From a virus: DNA of 38,008 nt. Position numbers and translations under genes: made by a program. The stretch covers positions 1 through 38,008 of IMG/VR virus record IMGVR_UViG_3300047170_000095; one strand, given 5' to 3'. The notes beneath the pieces were generated by a model, which was not told the origin of the DNA, searched no databases, and saw only the letters and a list, made by a program, of their open reading frames with translations. Positions within the stretch are counted from its first letter, which is position 1, and each line of letters opens with the position of its first letter. Shown here piece by piece: positions 16,804 to 25,004 of the stretch.

Positions 16804-18687
16804 TCACATATTTTGAGCCATTTGGCTTTGTTGTTGATTTTGATTTTGTTGTGTACCTAATATTTGTTCAAGAAATTTCTGTGAAGCGACCGTTCTTTCA
16901 GTGTCTGTTCTGGATTTTTTTTCCATTTCTTGGTCATCATATTTTATAGATTCTAAGTTATTAGACTCTAAGAACGTCTCAACTTCACCAAATTTTTGTA
17001 TCGTTTCAAGCAATTGAGTTAATGCAGCCATTTTTTCTTTAGAAGCAAGAGCATGATTTTTTGAAATCATACTTACTCTTTCTTCAAATAAACCAATGTT
17101 GCTTTCAGCTCTAGAATCACGTTCCCGTGCTTGAGATAACTGGTTATGGATTTTAGCCATTAATTCTTTCATCTTCATTTCTTCAAAAGAATGTTGAATA
17201 TTTTGAGCTTCAGATTGTGTGGCTTGCATTTGTTGCTCTTGCTGTTGTAAGAATGGTATAATCTCACCTTTACCCGTAATATTAAGCTTAGGAATAATCA
17301 TGCTCGGGGGAAATACTTCACGCCCAAATGTTTGATTGATATCCATCATTTGCTGAGCTTGTAAATTCTGTTGGGTTGGTGTTAAGTCAGACTCTTCAAC
17401 GATTACTTGAAACTTAGCAAAAACTTTACTATAAAAATGTGGAGAGGGTTCTTCACCTATATATAAACCCACTTTTTCAGCATTCCAATTGTTAAGCGCT
17501 ATTTGCAATAACCTTTCACCAAGTAATTTGTCACTAAAATCCCATTGATCAGTATACTTTTGGAATACCATGAGATTAGCAGCTTGCTTAAGAAGAACTG
17601 TTAAAGAAGATGCTTGTTTGTCTTGTTGAGCAGACCAATTCTCAAGATTTATACCCGATGTTGCGTAAATGAGATCAGCCATTTGTTGAGCTAAAGCAAG
17701 GTCTGACTCTGGGACTGCGCTGGGTATAATCTTTTCGCAGTCTGCGAGTTCATAGCCTTCATTAATAATGACATCCCAACCCTGTCCACTTTTCTTGAGG
17801 TTGTCTTCATTTGCAACAGCTCCCACTTTTCTTTTCCAACCGGCGTTTATGGTAGCAGCTGCAATGTCGTTGTTTGTGATGACCTTGTAGTTATATAGAA
17901 ATTGAGGATCTCGCATAGTGCGAACGAGGGAACGCACACGCAAGTCGTAATAATTAATATGCGGCTCGTAATTCCAGAAGTAAGGTATAAAAGGGCAACC
18001 ATCAAAGCCCAGTGGATTATCGCCTTGAAACATAAGTTGATCATTTAATACCACCGCTAATTTCCAACATGGAACCTCCACTTTAACTTCTTCCATATCT
18101 GGGATTGAATATAGTAATTGCTCCAAATGTCCATCATCACCAGCAAAATCGAAAAATTGATTTCGGGAACGGCTATATAAGCGTGATTTCTTTCTTTTCC
18201 ATTTATACCACACGTACGATAATACCATGAGATCATTGCGTGCCATGTTGTAGTTTTCAGGTAGAAAATAAAAAGAACCATATCGTTGTGGAGTTCCTGA
18301 CATAGGCGCAATGGCTTGCAATTTATCAGGAAAACGGTTTTCGGCTTCTTTTTTACTAATATATTCCTGACACCACACAAACTGAGCATCGGACATATCT
18401 GGTGAACGGAAATAAGGGTCTACAAGAAATGCATTATATTCCCATATTTTAACTTTTAATTCCCCTTGTGCCTGATCATCTCCTGAAAAATCAAGATAAG
18501 GTTGAGCTAAACACATACCCGCTATCGCACTTAGTTCTTTACATTTGCTTTTCTGTTCGTGAATACACCCTTTATTTGCAACCGTAGTGATTAATTTTGT
18601 ATATTGATCTGTTGTTTTAGGATCTGCGCCTTCTGTAGGAACGTAATTAAAATTCTTTCTATGTTGTCTTTCGTAACCTGTCACCAT
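16804..18687 (-). CDS. Portal protein. The annotated part runs from the first in-frame ATG, but the frame stays open upstream to 18966.
   Basis: At least 627 aa, downstream of terL, with a Q-rich acidic C-terminus. The 93 stop-free codons upstream (..YYPPWNNALEPNQGNVRQWLDNLYSKF..TLFYAGSQTF..) look coding but contain no ATG, GTG or TTG. Confidence 0.75.
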   Translation of the reverse strand: MVTGYERQHRKNFNYVPTEGADPKTTDQYTKLITTVANKGCIHEQKSKCKELSAIAGMCLAQPYLDFSGDDQAQGELKVKIWEYNAFLVDPYFRSPDMSDAQFVWCQEYISKKEAENRFPDKLQAIAPMSGTPQRYGSFYFLPENYNMARNDLMVLSYVWYKWKRKKSRLYSRSRNQFFDFAGDDGHLEQLLYSIPDMEEVKVEVPCWKLAVVLNDQLMFQGDNPLGFDGCPFIPYFWNYEPHINYYDLRVRSLVRTMRDPQFLYNYKVITNNDIAAATINAGWKRKVGAVANEDNLKKSGQGWDVIINEGYELADCEKIIPSAVPESDLALAQQMADLIYATSGINLENWSAQQDKQASSLTVLLKQAANLMVFQKYTDQWDFSDKLLGERLLQIALNNWNAEKVGLYIGEEPSPHFYSKVFAKFQVIVEESDLTPTQQNLQAQQMMDINQTFGREVFPPSMIIPKLNITGKGEIIPFLQQQEQQMQATQSEAQNIQHSFEEMKMKELMAKIHNQLSQARERDSRAESNIGLFEERVSMISKNHALASKEKMAALTQLLETIQKFGEVETFLESNNLESIKYDDQEMEKKSRTDTERTVASQKFLEQILGTQQNQNQQQSQMAQNM

Positions 18688-18938
18688 ATTGATAGGTTGC
18701 TGGATAAGATTGAAATAATATTGCTGATAAGAGGTTGTAGGGCTGAAGTTAAAATATCTGTTAACAAAAGTCTGTGAACCTGCATAAAAAAGGGTATCGA
18801 TATTAGATTGATTCCAGCGACTTTGTTCGATAGGTTGGAATTTAGAATATAGGTTATCTAACCATTGTCTAACATTCCCTTGATTAGGCTCTAGAGCATT
18901 GTTCCATGGAGGATAATAGAAGCTGATATAACACCTAT

Positions 18939-18950
18939 AAAGTAAGGCTA
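18939..18950. repeat. Left arm of a 12-bp perfect inverted repeat (AAAGTAAGGCTA)
   Basis: Reverse complement of 19352-19363. It lies inside the open portal 5' extension. Confidence 0.7.
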
Positions 18951-19005
18951 AATTATTAACATTACCTTATAATATTTTTTTTATTGATGCAAGAAACGTG
19001 TTTTT

Positions 19006-19257
19006 TTATGCGTCCCACTCACTTTTTCTTTTCCAAAATAAAATGACATCTGTTTTTTTTATTTTTTGACCGTCCCATTTATTTCCTTTTGACCATCCTA
19101 TTTTTGTTTCTTCATTAGCTGTTTTGAGATAACAAAGGTCATATTCCATGGGAAGATATAAATTTACATCCGCCCACCCGTCTTCATCAAAATGCACATC
19201 TTTGTAAGTGTAATATTTTTTTTTATTCTTCTCCCGAATACCCACGCGCATCTTCAT
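19006..19257 (-). CDS. Small DUF551-like protein, 83 aa
   Basis: W/G pattern DGWADVNLYLP...IGWSKGNKWDG...ILFWKRK resembles DUF551-type phage proteins (judged from memory). Confidence 0.6.
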   Translation of the reverse strand: MKMRVGIREKNKKKYYTYKDVHFDEDGWADVNLYLPMEYDLCYLKTANEETKIGWSKGNKWDGQKIKKTDVILFWKRKSEWDA

Positions 19258-19351
19258 ATATACCTATATTTTTAAACATATAAGTATATATTATTTTTTA
19301 AAAGGTTATGCCAGTTATTTCTTTGTACAAAGGAGTATGTTTAATATTTTC

Positions 19352-19363
19352 TAGCCTTACTTT
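19352..19363. repeat. Right arm of the 12-bp inverted repeat (TAGCCTTACTTT)
   Basis: Reverse complement of 18939-18950. Confidence 0.7.
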
Positions 19364-19396
19364 TTTTGATAAATATTTAAGTTTTTTCGTCTGTCA

Positions 19397-20683
19397 TTAA
19401 AATATACTCTGCCTTTTTCCTGTTTGAAATCTATTTTGTTGATATTGGTTTGCGTTAGAGGGATCTTTGTAGGGTTGATAGGTTGGAACTTTATGAGTGT
19501 ATATGCAATAACGTAAGGCATCCGCTAGATGATCATTTTGTTTTAAAGGCGCATCTTCTCCACGCTTAGCTTTGTTAGAATCCCACACATACGACTCAAG
19601 CTCTTTAATCGTATTTTTACAATTTTCTAAAACAAATAAGTTTCCTTTTCTCATCTCAGAAACAGTATAATCCAATCCATTGAAGACATCATTATCTGCA
19701 TCAATGATTGGAACATTTCTTCTTCTCATTTCGGTTTTAAAAGCGGCGGCGCTGGGATCAATGTATATCGCTTTAACCGCATAGTTTTCAATAAATTTAC
19801 AGAGGTCATCTGCCAACTCGCTATTTGTTTTTTGACGTTTATTTTTGTGATCCCAGTAGATTTCGTCTTCAACCCACAAAGATTTGCCTATTTGTTCTTT
19901 AATGCCTGTATTGACGCCAACAAGAACACATGCAAAGGGATTACTTGCTCCATAATCCACACCTACAATCCAATATTCTGCTGCTCTGGGAGGCCTATTT
20001 AGAACATGAATATTTCTATCAAAGCATTCGAAGATAGCACCTTCGGCAAGACACCAAAGACCAAGATAATTCCGTTTATAAAATATCCCTGTCGAGCTAT
20101 TTTTCAACATATTTTTATAATTTTCATCAACAAAAGGATTGTCTTCTAATGTAAAATGCAATGCATAATAATTATTATCACCCTTTTCAGCTTTGTCAAT
20201 CCATTGTTTGATTAAGTGTTCAGGATAAGTGGGGTTCATTGTGCAATGCGCTTTGGAATAGGGTTTACTTAAGCGCGAGTTAATCATTTCAATAATAGAT
20301 TGTGGATATAGAGTAATTTCATCGCAGTATACAAGTGAATATGTATCGCCTTGAAAACTTCCGATTGCACCTTCATCTTTAGCACCCAAAACCGTGATTT
20401 GCTTATCTTTATAGTAAAGTTTTTTTCCGGACCAAGTGACTACATTGTGATACATACTAAAACTTGGGTCTGATGTAATTAATCTTACGATATTACGATA
20501 TGCCGTATCAAAGGTATGACCCACTATATAGATTTGAGAATCAGGACATTTTTCAACATCATACATAAAAGCATGCGTAGCTCCTATTGTCTTACCAGTT
20601 CTCACGCTACCGTGAGCCATATTCCATTTTTTTGTAGAATTTATTATGTAATGAATTTGCTTTTTGGATAGAATTTCTTGCAT
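19397..20683 (-). CDS. terL: Terminase large subunit, 428 aa
   Basis: Walker A-like GSVRTGKT. Walker B-like LVYCDEITL. The C-terminal nuclease-type segments are VGVDYGASNPFA, IYIDPSAAAF and HLADALRY. Confidence 0.85.
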   Translation of the reverse strand: MQEILSKKQIHYIINSTKKWNMAHGSVRTGKTIGATHAFMYDVEKCPDSQIYIVGHTFDTAYRNIVRLITSDPSFSMYHNVVTWSGKKLYYKDKQITVLGAKDEGAIGSFQGDTYSLVYCDEITLYPQSIIEMINSRLSKPYSKAHCTMNPTYPEHLIKQWIDKAEKGDNNYYALHFTLEDNPFVDENYKNMLKNSSTGIFYKRNYLGLWCLAEGAIFECFDRNIHVLNRPPRAAEYWIVGVDYGASNPFACVLVGVNTGIKEQIGKSLWVEDEIYWDHKNKRQKTNSELADDLCKFIENYAVKAIYIDPSAAAFKTEMRRRNVPIIDADNDVFNGLDYTVSEMRKGNLFVLENCKNTIKELESYVWDSNKAKRGEDAPLKQNDHLADALRYCIYTHKVPTYQPYKDPSNANQYQQNRFQTGKRQSIF

Positions 20684-20754
20684 GATGTAAAATATCTTTT
20701 AGCTAATATATTATGTCAAATTAAAAATTTAAGAATAAAAAATTGTGGAAACCT

Positions 20755-21183
20755 ATGCGGAATAGGGCTAAATGCAGATTATGCGATGAGGTAATTGAAA
20801 GTCTTGATAGACATCATTATATTTCATGTAAATGCAAAGAAATTGCTATTGATGGGGGAAAAGATTCTTTTAGATGCTTGGCAAAAAATTGGGATAATTT
20901 TATTCGTATAAATGATGAAGGAAATGAAGTGATTCCAAAAATAAAAGATAAAGTTTCTAAAGAAGAGGAAGCCCCGATTCTCAAAGAAGTGCTTTCACAA
21001 GAACTTTCTTCGGTCAAACTAACAACAAAAGGTGATCTAGTTAATGAATTAAAAGGGATGTTAGCTAATATTGAGCAATTGCCTCCTCAGGCAATGAATA
21101 TAGCCATTAATCATTATGATTTATCTTCACTACTTATGTTATTAGTGGCTTTATTCGAATCAGATCTTAGGGATTCTAGCTGA
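20755..21183 (+). CDS. Cys-rich (zinc-binding type) hypothetical protein
   Basis: Contains CRLCDEVIESLDRHHYISCKCKEIAIDGG. The track starts at TTG 20743; I prefer the ATG at 20755. Its 3' end overlaps terS convergently by 70 nt. Confidence 0.6.
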   Translation: MRNRAKCRLCDEVIESLDRHHYISCKCKEIAIDGGKDSFRCLAKNWDNFIRINDEGNEVIPKIKDKVSKEEEAPILKEVLSQELSSVKLTTKGDLVNELKGMLANIEQLPPQAMNIAINHYDLSSLLMLLVALFESDLRDSS

Positions 21184-21593
21184 TTGTGAAGGAGCTTCAA
21201 GTTTTCCAAGGATTCTGTGGATATTGGTTTATTCTCTTGGTTTCTTAACTCCGATTCAAATCTTGCCTGTTGTCTACGTTCTTCTTTTAAAAAGTAATCA
21301 TAAGTAGAAGCATTTAGATCATAAGCTTTAACATGTAGTTCGTTGTTAGTTAATTTTATTTCTCTTCTATAACCAATAAAACACTTTGCTAATTCATACG
21401 CTTTTCGAAAGTTATCGCATTGATTTGCCCATATACTAAGATTTGAAGGGGGTATTTCTTTAATGGCACAAAATTTATTTAGGTTGAGACTATCATCTAA
21501 TTTAGCCCATTCTACAAGATCACTACCTACTTGATCTCTGTCATGCTCGCGGGGCCTGCCATTAGGATTCTTAGTTTTCAGTTGATTTTTCAT
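21114..21593 (-). CDS. terS: Terminase small subunit-like HTH protein
   Basis: NPNGRPREHD...LNKFCAIKEIPPSNLSIWANQCDNFRKAYELAK resembles the N-terminal HTH of TerS proteins. The ATG at 21593 forms an ATGA overlap with the upstream stop, so I prefer it over the track start at 21641. Confidence 0.6.
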   Translation of the reverse strand: MKNQLKTKNPNGRPREHDRDQVGSDLVEWAKLDDSLNLNKFCAIKEIPPSNLSIWANQCDNFRKAYELAKCFIGYRREIKLTNNELHVKAYDLNASTYDYFLKEERRQQARFESELRNQENKPISTESLENLKLLHNQLESLRSDSNKATNNISSEDKS

Positions 21594-22048
21594 GCTATTA
21601 TTCCTATTTTTTCTTTTCTTTTTTGATTTATTTTTAAACATTTTTTTATTGAATTTTCTTTATTTAGGCAACCACAAGATTTTGTTTTTCCTTTTAGTAA
21701 GTTGCGCTTTAAGACTATACAAGTGTTACCGCATGAGCATTGGCATTTGTAGTAATTAAGGTTATTAGGTGAGTCATAATCGATTACCTCGAGTCGTCCT
21801 ATTTTTAATCCCTTAATGTCAATGGTCTGTGAATTGTAGAATAAATTTAAGAGAAGAAAGCGATAACATCCGCATGATTTTGTATGACCCCTTGTGAGTT
21901 CTTGACCGCGCTTAATTGTTTGTCTACCGCAATCACAAACGCATAACCACATGGTACTTCCGCGCTTATCGTTTTCGACGCGCTCAAGGACTTCAAGCAT
22001 TCCGAAACGATAGCCTGTTAATTCTTTTGCAACTGTTTTAACACCCAT
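21590..22048 (-). CDS. Tandem zinc-ribbon repeat protein (two copies of W.C.C.CG...SCGC), function unknown
   Basis: Two copies of the G.RFG.LEV...C.C.CG......L..G.TKSCGC pattern. Confidence 0.7.
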   Translation of the reverse strand: MGVKTVAKELTGYRFGMLEVLERVENDKRGSTMWLCVCDCGRQTIKRGQELTRGHTKSCGCYRFLLLNLFYNSQTIDIKGLKIGRLEVIDYDSPNNLNYYKCQCSCGNTCIVLKRNLLKGKTKSCGCLNKENSIKKCLKINQKRKEKIGIIA

Positions 22049-22117
22049 ATGGATTTATTTATATATAATGAATGTGTAAAGAGGAAGTGTTTTTATGCTA
22101 TTTGGAAGAAAAAATGC

Positions 22118-22145
22118 TTGCATATTTTCTAAAATTTGGTAGATT
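22118..22145 (+). promoter_or_regulatory. Candidate sigma70-type promoter for the rightward small-gene block
   Basis: TTGCAT (22118-22123), a 16-nt spacer, then TGg-TAGATT. The layout matches the candidate at 12172. Confidence 0.35.
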
Positions 22146-22241
22146 TTTTTTAATTTTTATAATAAAATTAAACAAAAATTAAGAAGTACATAGAGAATTT
22201 AAATTTTTCATGAAAATTGAGGATACGAAAAGGTGTTGAAT

Positions 22242-22532
22242 ATGACAGATAAATTTTGGGGATTTAAATGGAATCAATGGAAAGATAAAAAACCTGAGGT
22301 AAATAAATATGTATATGTTTATTGTTTAGATAATAAAGAATTAGGCGTTTTTATTTGTTTATCAGATGATTTTCTTTTTGATGATAATGATTATTGGGTA
22401 TATGTTTATATGCCTGATGCTCCCAAAATTGAAAAAACAAAACTAAAACCATGTAATGTGTTAAAAGACTGTTCAAATGATTATATTTTAGCACTAGAAA
22501 AACGAATTGAGGAATTGGAAAGAAAAAAATGA
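22242..22532 (+). CDS. DUF551-like small protein
   Basis: The ATG at 22242 lies 8 nt after AAAGG; the track begins at GTG 22233. It encodes a W-rich KFWGFKWNQWKDKKP...YWVYVYMPDAP. Confidence 0.65.
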   Translation: MTDKFWGFKWNQWKDKKPEVNKYVYVYCLDNKELGVFICLSDDFLFDDNDYWVYVYMPDAPKIEKTKLKPCNVLKDCSNDYILALEKRIEELERKK

Positions 22533-22557
22533 ATGTGCAATTAGACCTTTTGAGAAT
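22517..22557. repeat. Direct repeat copy 1 (spans the RBS and first codons, MNVQLDL)
   Basis: GGAAAGAAAAAAATGAATGTGCAATTAGACCTTTTGAGAAT. It differs from 23402-23443 by 1 mismatch and 1 indel. Confidence 0.85.
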
Positions 22558-23056
22558 TAGGATGAAGTTAATACATTACGCACAAGAGCCAATAGCCTCT
22601 CTGGAGAAGAGAACGTATGAACAGAGTGAATTGAGATGGCAAGATAAGCCAAATGGATTATGGCTAAGCGTAGAGGGTTTAACAGGGCCCAACAATTACA
22701 ATTGGAAGGAATGGTGTGAAGCTGAAGGGTTCAGGGTCGAATACCTGGTCAATCCTTATCAAGTTGTGCTTCATGAAAACGCTAACATTCTTCATTTAAA
22801 AAGTGCTAAAGAGATTTTCGAATTCAGCAAGCTCTATCCTCTGAAAACGAGAGACTGGGATGCTGAATATGACTCCTATCAACTGGAATGGAACAAAGTC
22901 AAAGCCAAGTATCAAGGAATCATCATTGCTCCCTACCAATGGGAATGTAAGCTTGCCCTAGAGACTTGCTGGTATTATGCATGGGACTGCGCTAGTGGTT
23001 GCATTTGGGATCTCGATTGTATAAAAGAATTCATAAAACAGGAAGTTCATGTCTAA
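22529..23056 (+). CDS. Hypothetical protein, 175 aa
   Basis: ORF coupled to the upstream gene by a 4-nt overlap. Confidence 0.7.
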   Translation: MNVQLDLLRIRMKLIHYAQEPIASLEKRTYEQSELRWQDKPNGLWLSVEGLTGPNNYNWKEWCEAEGFRVEYLVNPYQVVLHENANILHLKSAKEIFEFSKLYPLKTRDWDAEYDSYQLEWNKVKAKYQGIIIAPYQWECKLALETCWYYAWDCASGCIWDLDCIKEFIKQEVHV

Positions 23057-23237
23057 AGATCTAAAAAGCGTTTATAAAGAATTTTGTCGATTAGAACATC
23101 CTTTTCCTAACAAGGAAATACTTCTAATGCAGAAATTACACAAAGAAGAATCTCTAAGCAAAGAGGACTTTGAGACTATATCGGAGTTGCTTCATAAATA
23201 TTTAAACCTTAGAGCGGATGTTTTTCACGATGGATGA
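23049..23237 (+). CDS. Hypothetical protein, 62 aa
   Basis: ORF in the co-directional block. Confidence 0.55.
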   Translation: MSKDLKSVYKEFCRLEHPFPNKEILLMQKLHKEESLSKEDFETISELLHKYLNLRADVFHDG

Positions 23238-23439
23238 AAATAATTCTGTACCAGAGGCTCAGCTTGAGCACATGCATAAAATCATTATGGAAACATTCCT
23301 AAACTCTTGTGAAATCCTAGTAAAGGAAGATTTAGACGATCATTCCTTTCAATTTTGCTTGGATACCATTCAAAACACATTGCGCTATGTAGCAGCTAAA
23401 AGGAAGGAAAAAAATGAATGTGCAATTAGACCTTTTTGA
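23218..23439 (+). CDS. Hypothetical protein, 73 aa
   Basis: ORF in the co-directional block. Confidence 0.55.
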   Translation: MFFTMDENNSVPEAQLEHMHKIIMETFLNSCEILVKEDLDDHSFQFCLDTIQNTLRYVAAKRKEKNECAIRPF

Positions 23440-23443
23440 GAAT
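23402..23443. repeat. Direct repeat copy 2
   Basis: See 22517-22557. Confidence 0.85.
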
Positions 23444-23611
23444 AACGATGAATTATCTTTGATGAAGAAGGAAATGGCATTGATAGCAGATAGCAATAGA
23501 CGTAATCATAAAGCTCAATTTGCGCATATTAATAATATATCTAAGGAGATTATTAAATTGCGTGAGGAATTGGATAGATTAAGGAATCTGCAAATTAAAC
23601 AGGTGAAATGA
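23414..23611 (+). CDS. Hypothetical coiled-coil protein, 65 aa
   Basis: Shares its first 7 codons with the 22529 gene. Confidence 0.6.
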   Translation: MNVQLDLFENNDELSLMKKEMALIADSNRRNHKAQFAHINNISKEIIKLREELDRLRNLQIKQVK

Positions 23612-23694
23612 AAAGAGACTGGATGAAATTGAAAGGCTTTTTAATTGCTCGTGGAGTGAAAATTGCGTAGGCTTGAAAAATTGGAGGAGAAATA

Positions 23695-23871
23695 ATGATA
23701 GAATTAAAATGCAGTAAATGCGCTGAAGAAGATCATGAGGGTCATTTTTGTCGTTGTGTACCTAGGAACATTCAATTAGCAAAAGAGCTAAGGGAAACTG
23801 GTCACTACATGTTCAAAAAATTGGAAGTAAGAGATATTATTGAGAACCTTTGTAAAGGGGAGGAGAATTAA
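23695..23871 (+). CDS. Small Cys/His-rich protein, 58 aa (absent from the ORF track, presumably because of its size)
   Basis: GGAGGAG lies 5 nt upstream of the ATG at 23695. It encodes MIELKCSKCAEEDHEGHFCRC... Confidence 0.5.
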   Translation: MIELKCSKCAEEDHEGHFCRCVPRNIQLAKELRETGHYMFKKLEVRDIIENLCKGEEN

Positions 23872-23882
23872 ACAATAATTAA

Positions 23883-24011
23883 TTAAAAAATTCCAATAAA
23901 AAAAGGGCAATTTGTACATGTCAAAACTTTTTGACCATAGGGTATAAAGTAAATATTTTTGCATCCTGGGCATCTAACTGTTTTATGTCCTGGTTTTTCA
24001 ATATGTATCAT
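23883..24011 (-). CDS. Possible 42-aa zinc-ribbon peptide (CPGC-x17-CTNC)
   Basis: Encodes MIHIEKPGHKTVRCPGCKNIYFIPYGQKVLTCTNCPFFIGIF. No clear RBS. Confidence 0.3.
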   Translation of the reverse strand: MIHIEKPGHKTVRCPGCKNIYFIPYGQKVLTCTNCPFFIGIF

Positions 24012-24034
24012 ATGATTTTTTATATATTTTAATT

Positions 24035-24409
24035 TTAATGTAATACAGTTTCATAAATTTCCTGTGCTTTTTCTACAAGTTTGATTTTTATTTTATACAG
24101 AAATTCCACTTGTTCTCTTTTAAATTTTCCTAAAGGCAGATCTTTTCCTTTGGATTCAAGAAAGAGTACCTTATTAGGCAAAAAAACAAGAAAGTCTAGA
24201 TAATGCTTTTTGTTGTTAGGCAACCTAAAAGGGACTTGCGTAAGGAAAAACAAAATTTTTTCTTTTTCCTGTAAAGATTTCAAAACTGAATAACATTCGG
24301 CTTCTAATTTTGAAGGGAAACGTATTCCATCAACAATCGTTATTTTGGCACCGTACTTTGATTTGGTTGAATCGCAAATTTTTTTGTACTCATGTATCGT
24401 TATTGTCAT
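24035..24409 (-). CDS. DUF1064-like (putative nuclease/resolvase-fold) protein, 124 aa
   Basis: FPSKLEAECYSVLKSL...YLDFLVF...LESKGKD fits the DUF1064-type pattern SK.E...Y..L...DF.V....E.KG (judged from memory). Confidence 0.55.
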   Translation of the reverse strand: MTITIHEYKKICDSTKSKYGAKITIVDGIRFPSKLEAECYSVLKSLQEKEKILFFLTQVPFRLPNNKKHYLDFLVFLPNKVLFLESKGKDLPLGKFKREQVEFLYKIKIKLVEKAQEIYETVLH

Positions 24410-24456
24410 TTCATTTCGTCCAATTCAAAATTAGGGCCTAATTTTGAGATGTTTCG

Positions 24457-25002
24457 TTATTGTTGCCTTTTATCAATCCAAGCTAATTCGATGATAGTGT
24501 TTTCTTTAGCTTTTATTCTAGAAGCAACTTTTTCAGAAACTGTATTTTTTATATCTTTGATGAACAAGTTGCTGGTAATTAAGGTTGGAAGGGTTGAGTT
24601 GTATCGAACATCAATCACTATATGCAATGCTTCTTTTTGGAAATCAGATAAATTTTCTCCCCTCGCGGTTCCAATATCGTCCAATATAAAATATTTTGTT
24701 TCTGCTAAGCGTCTAATTTCTGATTCATAATCCCAACCTTTAGACATCGCTTCTCGTGCATGTCGAAAAAAAGAATATTCCGAAAAGTATCGAAAGTTTT
24801 GTTTTTTCTCCTGAAGACGATGGATATAAGCGGCACAAAAAAAAGATTTTCCTACGCCGGGATTTCCTGCAAAGAAAAGCATGTTTTTGTCTTTAGTGAC
24901 CCAATCCATTAAAATTTGTGTCGTTTCTGGGGGAAGGTCAAGTTTGCTAAGACATGCATGTTTATATCTTTCTGTTTCCCAAAATTCTTTATAATCACTC
25001 AT
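24457..25002 (-). CDS. DnaC/IstB-like AAA+ helicase loader, 181 aa
   Basis: Walker A GNPGVGKS and Walker B FILDDIG. It lies downstream of the initiator gene. Confidence 0.75.
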   Translation of the reverse strand: MSDYKEFWETERYKHACLSKLDLPPETTQILMDWVTKDKNMLFFAGNPGVGKSFFCAAYIHRLQEKKQNFRYFSEYSFFRHAREAMSKGWDYESEIRRLAETKYFILDDIGTARGENLSDFQKEALHIVIDVRYNSTLPTLITSNLFIKDIKNTVSEKVASRIKAKENTIIELAWIDKRQQ

Positions 25003-25004
25003 TT

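Noticed and set aside
17847-18389. Nested minus-strand ORFs 17847..18044 and 18057..18389
   Set aside because: They are alternative frames entirely within the portal gene.
23788-23973. 61-aa minus-strand ORF
   Set aside because: It overlaps the RBS-supported plus-strand gene 23695..23871. A different frame of the same strand gives a more plausible 42-aa zinc-ribbon peptide (23883..24011).
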